A stretch of DNA of 64,000 bases, taken from positions 1,065,942 to 1,129,941 of the forward strand of contig NMRA01000019.1 in the NCBI GenBank assembly GCA_002633005.1, given 5' to 3'. Positions 37,801 through 55,186 of the stretch are shown piece after piece. The notes under the pieces were generated by a model. The model ran no database searches. It saw only the letters and a list, made by a program, of their open reading frames with translations, and was not told the origin of the DNA. Source of the stretch: Phoronis australis (lineage: Eukaryota > Animalia > Phoronida). Each line of letters starts with the position of its first letter. The stretch's first letter is position 1. The translations under genes were made by a program, and so were the position numbers.

Positions 37801-40800
37801 TCTTAGAATACTTTTTAAAGAGCAACTAAAAGCAGAACCGTAGAGTTCTCTTAGAATACTTTTTAAAGAGCAACTAAAAGCAAGACCGTAGCATTCTCTT
37901 AGAATACTTTTTAAAGAGCAACTAAAAGCCGCACCATAACACTCTCTTGTATTTCTGAATCCTAGAAATTTCGAAAGGAATCCTTTTATTAGTCCTATAT
38001 TTAATAGCCCATCAGGCAAGTGACAGAGAGTTATAAAAACAAGTTCTAACACCATAAAGCATGATATCTGAAAGTTTCAATCTGATCAGCTATTCTTGAG
38101 ATGTGATGTGAGAAAGTTTGCCAAATTTGGACATTTTTCTGGGTCTTACATAACTTTTACTTTTACTGAATAAATCCATGTCAAGAGTATAGGCTACAAT
38201 GCTGTCACTGGTCAAGAGTTGTCTGGCTTGGAAGTGTAACTGAGTAAACCAACTATCAGTATCGGGTCATGAACAAATTTTTCTACAATGTGTGAAACTC
38301 AGAATCCCAGCAAAGAAAAAAATGGCATGAAAATATAGTAGGATTATTCCGGACAATTTTTACAAGCGAAAAGCCTTCACATGTGTCAGGGCTTGGAGTG
38401 ACCAATGTATCGGTCAACAAATAAATAGGCTTGTGTGAAAGAAAAATTTTTTTATGTCATAAAATTTAACTGAAATAAACATTTTTGCATAAATAAAATC
38501 AAAATAATGACAAAAAGAGACAAAAAAGAGGAAATCGGAAATCAAATAAGAGGAAATCGAAACCAAAAAAGAGGAAATCCTCTTAAAAGAGAAAAATTTC
38601 AAGCCTTCAAACATGTATTCTGCCGAAGTTGCATGCATAAGGTTGTTGCATTTGACAACCACTTCATCTTGTATAAAATAAATGTATTTTCACACTGTAT
38701 TTATAAAAAAACGGACGCCAAGCTCTGTAGAGGACTACTTACTCATGTACTCTGCCATCACCATGCAGGTTGGACAGCCCAAAGCTCACGTAATGCCAGT
38801 GTGGTGGTACGCCATTTTCTGGGTTGCCAGGGTTGGAGTACATGCTGATGTAGTCTAAGGGATCAGGACCGCCGAGCCTGTAAATAGAAAAGATCACTAA
38901 CAAAATTCCTGAACACTGACAGAAGGCTTTTGAAATTTAGGCATTGTTTGAAATTAATTATTTTGAACGGAACTATTTCAGCTTGAGCCAATTGATAACC
39001 CGCACACCTAAGTCAAAGAAACAGGGTCCAAATATCTATCCCATTTCCACAATGAAAAAGTATCAGATTCAAAATTTCACCTCCAAATCCAATCATTGAG
39101 AAATTCCACTAAGGGTTAGAGTCCTTTATACAAAACACTAGCCATCCATATTACACAGCGACACTCGCTGTATTAACCCACAATGCAAAGCACTTTTGTA
39201 TCTTCTTGTCATTGGAGTTCCGCATGTTGTGTTGTGGTCAGGACTCCGATGCACTACTCTATTTGTCCTTCCAAGACCAATGTAGTACTACTACTGTGCT
39301 GTGGGCTACAAATCCGAATGGAGAAAGTTGGATAAACTTGACAGCTATCCGCAGATGCGTTTTGTTAAGTTCTTCACCATCCCCATATCAATCAAGGACA
39401 CAAGAAAATACAGTGTGAGTGCACAAAGCAAGTTTGGTGGTTTAATTTTGAACTGAATAGAATCCTCTTTTAATTCCAGTACGACTGAAATAGGGAATAT
39501 TTCCACGGCCACCCTGTACCTCAACGGCTTCCGAAATGATCTGTGAAAATGTACCTCACATTCCAAAAAACGAGGCCATTTAAACAGTGTGCTTTCGTAC
39601 CACCAGGACAAAGGAGAGTTCTATCACTGTGTAATCCGGGGACCTCCCTATTAAGTCTTAAAGAGGATACTCTTCATTTGAACAATTTCATAATTTATTC
39701 TAAACCTTACACTTTCAATGTTCACTAGCATTCCTGCCAAGCACTTATAACACCTGACACATCACTCTTAAAACATGAATGCACTTTGACAACAAAAGAA
39801 ATTGAGCATCCTAGAAGTCCATAAACAGACCACCCAAGTTGGCAATAGCTGTCAAGGTCAACTGAGGCAGAACATACTTTCATTGTGATGGCAGGTTTGA
39901 TTGAAGAGTTTGGACTCAAATTCAGCCAATAATCACCTTTACAAAAATTTAGATGTGAAACTGAAAAATACCCATTCCTAATACAACTACATACCTACAG
40001 TCAGATCAAATCAACTGTGCCACTCAGAGCCCTGAATGTTAATATACCAAATTAAAGTTACACAGGTTTTACACATGCTACAATGCATGAAGTACCGAGG
40101 ACACTAGGCCATTGACAGTATTCAGCAGGTAAACAACTGATAGATAAAAACAGAGTACCCAGTACATAATTTTTTAAATATATGTTGATTCTAATTATAA
40201 TATGACTTGTAAACAAAAACACTTATTTGTATAGAGGAATTTATATAAAAAATTGATTTTAATGCATTTCACCTTATCACTGCTGGGCAAACTATTCTTT
40301 ATAAAAAATCACACACGCTGGATATGATTACCGTAATCGTTCGGGTTAACGCCCATGCTCAGTTAACAGCCCATTCCTGACTTTAAGTGGATTTTCGATT
40401 TAACCGCCCATTGCTCGGTTAAGCGCCCCCCTGCGATTTTTGAAGATTTCCAGTTAAGCGCCCACCTCTCGGTTAAGCGCCCATCCCCGACTTTTAAAGA
40501 ATGAAGATTTATGGCCTAGTGCTAAGGAAACGCGCGATTCCCCGACTTTTAGAAAAAGATCGATGATCACAACGAGTGCAACGACGCCGGGACTCCGAGA
40601 CGGTGGTTTAGCAATCTGAATTACAATACAGGTAACGAGTTATTGTCTTGGGTCATGAACTCACTTCAAAATATAATACTTGAACCTTTTTGTCACTTTA
40701 TTTTCTTCGCTTGTTTGCTAAATTTCAGAACGCCGCCGGCGTCAAAACCTCCGCTTTCAGCGACTTTGTCTGCCGCGCTGAGTTTCCGTCTGCAGTGCAC

Positions 40801-43800
40801 TAGATAAAACATCTATTCGAAAAAATCAGGCCAGAGAAATGTGACAATGGTTTTGCCAACCCTCCAAATTCTATTAAGGTGGGAAGCTCTCGTATTTTGA
40901 ACAAATCTCACAACTCACGGAAAGATGTCAAATTCTCAATATTTTGATGAATATAACTGCCGGGTTATAGAGGATGTGGGGCGACCGAAGGGACAGTACA
41001 AGTGCCTTACTGGGTTACCGATTTCGTTGCTGCCTGTCGATTTCTGAATTCAAACGTTGGCAATAATGTATGTTTGTGTATGATCTTGAAGTAATAAAAA
41101 ACGGCTAGTCAAATTTTGTTTTTCGCTTATTGCATCTCAGTCAAACTGGTTAGCAGATTTAACTAATGTCGCTGGCTGTTCTTTACTATTTCTTGCGTCA
41201 GCCCCCACGTAAGCGTGACTGTGTGAATTATCGTTTCCACATCCCCTTTTTAGCCATCCAGAATAATTTTGTTTATACATTGGCCATTTTCAGCCTGAAC
41301 AAAAATTCTTACCATTCGAGTCTGAAATATCTACGACGTAGACTGCTTGACGATAGTGGGTAGGAGATTCACGCAGCTAGTTACAGGGATGGGCTTAGGG
41401 AGCATCGAGCCGGGAAATATGGGAATAGACTTGACATCGCAGTTTTGGGGAACATTGGCAACGGAGGAATATCGTAAAGAACTGGGTCTTTCGTAACAAC
41501 AGCTTAAAAGTACATAGTCACGCCCGTTTTTGTTACTTCGTCGGACTGTCGCTATGTGTGACTGATTTGTAGTGGTGCACGTGCGCAAGTTCCCACACTT
41601 TGGAGTGCATGTTACCTTGACACCAACATGTGATTGACAGGTGACTCACACGTAGGCCCTACGTGCGTGCTGAATACCGCCACTATCTTTGGCCATAAAA
41701 AACGAGATGCATATTGAAAGAGGCCGTTATATTACTTGACGGCATTTCCAAGTCACGATTGTCAGCCGACTGAGACATTGCGCGATAACAGCGGGACCGA
41801 ACAGTGCCGCAGTGCGATATTACAAGTGATATAAATAGGATAATCTGGACATCTTGCATGAAAAATAAATGTTTTTCCACCACGAAGTTTGGTAAGGTGA
41901 TCGTTTAGAATAATGAATTGAAACATTGCTGTTTTCTGACATTTTGTAACATATTTATGCAGTTGCTTGAAATTTTATTCTTGATCGACGACTGGCTCGA
42001 CCACCCCCGATCCTTGTCTTACTTCTTTGCATAGCATGTTTGGCGCAACGGCAAGAGAGCAATGCCGGGCTGTCGAGATAAGACAGCTAGCCGCAGAACC
42101 ATACGCTGAAAATGTCATTGAGTCACGGAGTGTCGACTATAACATCCCAAACACAAAAAAAAACAGAGTTAAGTTTTTCAAACTTTTATTACAACCAATT
42201 TTAAAACTGCTCTCTGACTCAGAACTTGACAGCTACATATAGTACGAGACTGTAACCATAAATTTGATGTCTGACCTCTGCAACACGTGAAGCTTGCACG
42301 CGCGCACTTAAGCAGGGTCACATCTTGAAACAGTTTTAATTCTAGTGGAGGCTGCGTGGTGACTGGTCGTCTGCGCACCGCAGGACGGCACGGGGCTATT
42401 ACTCAGCAATTTTGTAAATTTAATAGTGAATGACTAATCTGAGGGCAAGAGAACCTTTGTTGGGATCATCCGCTGTTATGACGTTTTCACAGTCATTTGG
42501 CGACGTGACGATAAAGCTCTTTGAAAAGGGCTACGCGTTCCGAGTATGATTGTCGTGTCGGGATTTAGATCGCCAGGTAAGATTAACCGCCCAGGGCGGT
42601 TGTCTGTCGTAATAAGCGCCCATGTTCGGTTAACCGCCCATCCCCTACTTTAGGTGGATTTTCGATTTAACCGCCCACTGCTCGGTTAACCGCCCTCCCC
42701 CGATTTTTTGGATTCGCCAATTTAACCGCCCAGGGCATTAACCCGAACGATTACGGTATATACGCAACTGAAAATTGATAATCAGAACTAAAGACTGTGC
42801 CACTTGCAAAAATGTCTGACTATAAACGGGAGTCAGACAATTTATTGTGAACATCACTAACGAACAGGCACACCAGTACTACAGTAGTACTTAGGCAATA
42901 CATCACCTGTGGATGCCATAGGCATACACGTGACTGCCTTGTAATGGAGCTCTTCAACTGATTCACTTTTTGACTGATAAAACAAAGTATATTGAGTGAT
43001 ATGGATGTAAACAGTTACCTATAGATGAATAATCGATTGGACAGAAATACACAGCCAAAACTGCAATTATCTGCCTTTTATTTTTTTGGGCTAAATACAT
43101 GCAAATTACACGTCACTCACCCAAAAAGCTGCATGAACTTGACAGTAAGAATACGTGGCTGTAAACGATTTTTAACATGTGGCCAAGTAAATTTCACTAT
43201 TAAAAAGAATAGTGCAAAGTGTCAAGAGAAAAGGGCAATGCCTAGCAAGCAAGTCTGAATTTGTTAGGCTTACTGGTTTACAGTATATTTTCATACAAAA
43301 ATTATCGCTAGTTCCTGGCAATAACTACCCGTTGGCAAGTTACCCAAGACAGGTTGTGCTACTCCCCACGGCATGTGTGTCAAATGGGAAACTGGCCCAT
43401 AACACTCTGCCATTAGAGACCACACGTAGCCCTCGGTTGGCCATTTAGGGGCTCCAATACTTCCATTCACTTTCTGTCGCATTCCGTTACACATATTTTA
43501 AACGGGCGGTAGGCCAATTCCAGCCACTGATTTTAAGTTTTCACCTCGTCAAAAATACATTCCACATCTAAAACTATCATTTCAAAAGCACTTACTTTCA
43601 TCATTGGTCCTTTCTACTTCTATACATATCTTTGATGAAGTTTAGTTGTGAGAATTTAGGGGACTTTGGCGAGGAATTCCAACTCCACTTTTTGGTTGCC
43701 GTTAACTTTTTCACCACGCACGCAATAACCACAAAGTATGTCAACTGAGTCACGTGAGTTAGGCAAAGGCTAATGCGAAGTGCATGACGCTAGCGCGTGA

Positions 43801-44552
43801 CACTTGCAAAATAGCATGAGACAGTATTAGGTGAAATTTGTAAGATTTGTGTCCCTTGGACTTTTTATTCATCAACATGTGTGATTTCATGTAACTTCCT
43901 CAAAATGGCACCCGGGTAAGAGAAACTCGAGCAAACCACGACAGACTTTCATAGATTTGTCCAAATTATCTTGATTGAATCGTCTCCAGACTTATGGTAT
44001 AAGTTGTTTATAACTCCATGTGCAAAAAAACCAGTTTCATTTGATTTATTTGATATTTATTTTGTATTTTGAAATGAGTAACTTTTTTGTTGATGTACTA
44101 TCGCATCTGTATGCCTGCGGCATCCAGGGCGATGTAATTGCCTACTGAGAGACCAGTACCTCTTCGCACAGCCACAGGTCAGATAAAGCGAGAAAACCGT
44201 GCAGTTTTATTCAGTGATTGCTTGGCTCCTTAACTCTGAGACAGATACATCCCACCATATTGCCACGGACTGCGATTGTGAATAAGACTTAAGACAAGTA
44301 ATAATGGCGTTGATGATTCAGAACCATGGCATGACGCCATGACGGGACGCCTCGCCTGAGTGGACAGGTGAAGACTAAGTGAAGGACAAATATGACAGCA
44401 CAGTTGACATTAAACTCGGGTTATTCTTACCAATATTTCACCACAGCTGTCACTTGTAAAGGATTCGGTTGGTCCGGGTAAAGCCGCCGACATGCCGAGT
44501 AGATCGCCTCCAACCCAGGTGGGGTTACAGGCGCAGAGACGCTGGCGCTCAT
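19806..44552 (-). CDS. SUFU: Suppressor of fused (Hedgehog/Gli negative regulator), 12 exons, 467 aa
   Basis: Exons 44552-44431, 38877-38743, 33660-33524, 32467-32325, 30310-30225, 30028-29956, 29487-29298, 23910-23820, 22593-22450, 21775-21637, 20950-20882, 19880-19806 (1404 nt, GT-AG, phases consistent). Translation includes PGLEAIYSACRRLYPDQPNPLQVTAVVKYWLGGPDPLDYISMY, GPSGFGFELTFRLKRE, ENTLCSGDHISWHSPLD, GRLKHGRHFTFKS and PYAAHGPWLQ. Confidence 0.97.
20141..20460. repeat. Minisatellite, 35-bp unit x 9 (SUFU intron 11)
   Basis: Unit AATAAGGTGACCGTATCTTAGCATGTTCACAGGTC starting at 20141, 20176, 20211 ... 20421; head-to-tail with no spacers. Confidence 0.93.
21043..21404. mobile_element. Degenerate MITE
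   Basis: Imperfect TIRs GGACCTCCAACTCCG / CGGAGTTGCGAATCT. Confidence 0.35.
25171..26860 (+). mobile_element. Helentron/HINE (DINE-1-like) non-autonomous element with ~430-bp internal tandem subunits (SUFU intron 7)
   Basis: Subunit marker GTGGTTTG.TTGACAGAGGGGCAGA at ~25542, ~25986 and ~26410, with repeated CCAAATTTTATGAAAATC. The 3' end has a CAGA/GGAC-type simple tract, then hairpin ATATGC...GCATA plus an A-run (26749-26768). The family assignment is inferred from architecture. Confidence 0.6.
31422..31577. mobile_element. hAT MITE, 156 bp, perfect 8-bp TSD
   Basis: TIRs CAGTGCTGAAGT / ACTACAGCACTG; TSD CTTCAACC at 31414-31421 and 31578-31585. Confidence 0.88.
35553..35900 (+). repeat. 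Degenerate tandem-subunit interspersed repeat (three ~140-150-bp subunits)
   Basis: Recurrent GTGA(T/C)CTTGAAAATGA..TCAA(G)G.(C)ACCAAAATCAACAGGCG at ~35555, ~35696 and ~35851. Confidence 0.55.
36893..37262. mobile_element. Harbinger-like MITE
   Basis: TIRs CTTTTCCACTAGA / TCTAGTGGGAAAG (12/13). Confidence 0.5.
37612..37950. repeat. Minisatellite, 48-bp unit x 7 with two alternating variants (SUFU intron 2)
   Basis: Core GAATACTTTTTAAAGAGCAACTAAAAGC every 48 bp (AAAGAG at 37625, 37673 ... 37913). Confidence 0.92.
40331..42756. mobile_element. Non-autonomous Tc1/mariner/pogo-type DNA transposon, 2426 bp (SUFU intron 1)
   Basis: TIRs CCGTAATCGTTCGGGTTAA(C/T)GCCC at both ends; TA TSD (40329-40330, 42757-42758); many subterminal TTAA(C/G)CGCCC motifs; CpG-rich interior; no transposase ORF. 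Confidence 0.88.
43493..44090 (-). repeat. Dispersed ~590-bp element, copy 2 (SUFU intron 1)
   Basis: Reverse complement aligns by eye end-to-end with 2645-3225. Confidence 0.8.
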
Positions 44553-45121
44553 GTCACAAACCCCTCAGTTTTTACTAGCTTTCTCCAAGCACAACACAAA
44601 GTTTGGAAAGATACAATAAATTGAATTGACACCTTCAGTACAACTTCCAAGACTGAGTACTACCTCTTACACGTCACGCGTCAGGCTAATTTCCACCAAG
44701 CAAAACTATTAGCAGTCAAACTAAATCACTTATTCCCACTAAATCATTACAAATGACTACCCGTGTGGTCAACAACAACAGAATTTATAGACAACCATCG
44801 GGAGAAAATCAATAACTAGAACCGCACTGACACTTTCCGGTTGCAGACCACCCAAGTTAATATCGTAGATTCGAGATATTTTGTGTTCGTTCTATATCAA
44901 AAAACATAGAAATATAACTGTCACTAGTTAGAGTCCATTTTGAGAGCAAGAGATGCGTTTTTCTTCTTTACACATTTATTTTCAGTTTTTGATAAAAAAA
45001 TGAGTCATACTACCGGAAGTACAAAGTGCGCGCCTTTGCGCATGTTCATGATTGGTGACTGCTGCTTTTTCTTGGCAGAGAAGTGTACTGGGAGGGTAAA
45101 AATACATCCCTCTGTAGAAGC
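44553..45121. promoter_or_regulatory. Bidirectional promoter, SUFU (-) / ACTR1A (+)
   Basis: 569 bp between divergent ATGs. AP-1-like TGAGTCA 45001-45007, ETS/GABPA CCGGAAGT 45013-45020, NRF1-like TGCGCATG 45037-45044, inverted CCAAT (ATTGG) 45051-45055. Confidence 0.7.
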
Positions 45122-52438
<7,317 letters not shown>

Positions 52439-55186
52439 ACTAGTATCTGTCAATGACTGTCTATACCTTTCAGTTAACTCTAAATTCAATAGAGTGTAGG
52501 TGTTGTGTAAGGCATTGCAGAGGTGGTGAAATATGGTGTCTGCCCTGTCCGTGCTTGAATTGCCATGGACGTTACCAAGTATTTGCCTTTTTTATCATTT
52601 AAAGCTTTGCATAAATGTCCCATTAGGCTTTATAAAACATTCTTTGCAACTGGCATGATACCTACTCTGTTTGGCAGATTGCTGAATAGTGGCAAAGAGT
52701 ATTCAGAACAAAAATAAAGAATTTTGTTCATACTTGCTGATTGCCGAGCATGTCCAGACTTCTACAATGTTTGGTGAGTGGGGGAGATGATGGTTGGAAG
52801 TACTACAATCGGTTTGTGTGCAAAACATTCTGTACTCCATCTGTGATGTTCAGTATTACAGTTTATCCCGCGCCCGTCAAAAAGCAAATAATTTTTTTTC
52901 TAATTCTGCTTTAAGATATTACTTGTATAAAGCAACCTGATTGGTATTTAGGTGATAAAGTATGCTTCGTTGGTGATTCACAAGAAGTCTTCTAATTTAC
53001 TATTATTTATTGTTTTTCAAGTTTTTGCAAGAGCATATAGTCACTAGGTACAAGCTCGAATGTGACAGTTAGCTTTAGTCTCATTAGAATCAATTGATAA
53101 TCTTATTTTAGTAGAATGTGATAGGAGTGGTTTATATAATGTTTGCACCTATTTGTGAATGAAATTTAATGCTCTGACGTACTCTGATCCCATTGTGCTC
53201 ATGTGTGGTATTACTGGGGCCGATATGATACAGCTGTTGTGCATTTTGCTGTTCCCTTTGATGTCCACTATGTACGTACAGGCCTATTTAACTTCAGCTT
53301 GGGAAAACAGCAAAACATTCTGTGAAGCTCTTACTCAGATTGTCACCCATCCTTGATTTCCATTCGTCTTTCGAGAAAATCAGTAGGATTTGAAGTCTTT
53401 CTGAGAATTATGCCTCAATCAGGAGAGTTGACAGCTGTGGTGCTTTGTCAATGAAAAATTTGACCAAGAAGTGACTGAAGTGGATATTTCTCATTTCTTT
53501 TGTTTCATTTCTTACATCTTATTCAAACTTGCACCAAATTACTGCAGACCTAAACTCACTATCCGTCTTAGTAGCGTGCCTCTGTCCAATGACTCAAAAA
53601 CTCCGCCTTTGGGAAAAACTTTTAAACACCCTTTCCTCACTCTCTTGAATGTCATTTTTTTCATTCTACAGATCTGATTATAATGTGCACTTACTGTATG
53701 GAGCTTAGAGCTGCAGTAACTACCTCACATTGGTTTTGTGAGAAGATTTGTACTCTCTGTACTTATAGTTTTGCACATTATTTTAGTACTGATTGTGATG
53801 TCGCAAAAGAATCGATGCTCGTAGTTTTAAGTCTGGTCTGCCTGCCACCTGTTGGCCACATCATGTGATGTGTTGACATTTATCAAAAATGGTGCAATTG
53901 GGCACATTCAGAAGATGAAAAAATATCCTATTGGGGTTTGCTGGTTAGCTAACGCAATAACGTACTTCCAAACTAGACTTCCCGAGAAGCTGGCCTGGTT
54001 TGCAGCGGTAACTATGCACTAGAGGTTGGAATGCGATTTCATCTCTTGCTTTGAGAGTATGCCACTCGTGTGTCATTTTAACTTTACAAAATAAGCAAAT
54101 GTGCTGAGGCTGTCATTCATATAGAATATAGAACCCTTTTGTTCACTTTATGTCTGAGATTTGACTTGGGTTCCCCCTCAGCAGGATTGTTGAATAACCG
54201 CAATAGATACAGCTAGTCTTGCATTCAAATTTAGGTGAAATAGTGTGGAATGGTGGATAGCATAACCCAACACGCTTTATTGTAAAGATCAACTGTTGCT
54301 ATGTCAGTATAAAAATGTACATTGAATGTGTTGTGTTTTTATCAATCATTCACCTGTACAATGTAGAGTGTGAGCTCCTGGCCTGGTTGCACACAGTACA
54401 GTCTACCATTGTCCCTTATGCAGTCTTTTGTCATGAACAATTATCCAGCAGTTAACACATCTGGATGTACAATAATTTACTACGTAAAATAACAAATATT
54501 TTCATTTTATTAAAATTTAATTTTACAACAATCATATGTAACGTAGTTCATCTCCCAAATTTCAAATGGTCGACTACAGTTTGTTTTGACAACACAAGAG
54601 GCACTGTTAGTCGATCACATTCAGGTGTGATACGTTTACAGCCCATCTGTACCTGTGTTTAAGTATTAAATATTCCGTTAGCAAATAGGAGTGAATTGTG
54701 TTTAGTGAACTTCACAAAAATTAAACATTATGCGTAACCAGTGTATCCTGGCCTCGGACCAGGTTGGGCAAAGTAGTTTAAGGCACCATTGTCAGATGAT
54801 TTGTACACCAGTATGACCTGCACCTCACAAAGCATTTCATTACCCGTAACACAGTCAATTTGGTCTCTCAATTCCCTTAGATAGGCTAAGATCCATCCTT
54901 AAAAGTATGCATTAATTAAATTAGGTTTTGAATAAACGACCTATTGTTCTTCAATATGACTAATATTGAGAAGAATCGCTTGTGGTGACCTTGAATAAAC
55001 CTAACAACAACCTGTGATTGTGGTCAGTGTGGCAAAATGAGATCAGTAATCCATATTCAAAATTGGCATACAGTTCAGTTGGGCCTGATGTTTTTCTCAG
55101 ATGACAAAATGTCCTAACAACTACAAACTGAGGGAAATGTAAATTGTACATGAATTTAAGAAACTACCACCTTTCCTTGCCAGTTA

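Noticed and set aside
37516-38055. 179-aa Cys-rich repeat ORF as a gene
   Set aside because: Produced by the 48-bp minisatellite within SUFU intron 2; no homology recognised and no splice context.
40500-42580. Transposase or captured gene inside the 2.4-kb element
   Set aside because: Only short ORFs (<90 aa) with no DDE/D or other motif I could recognise.
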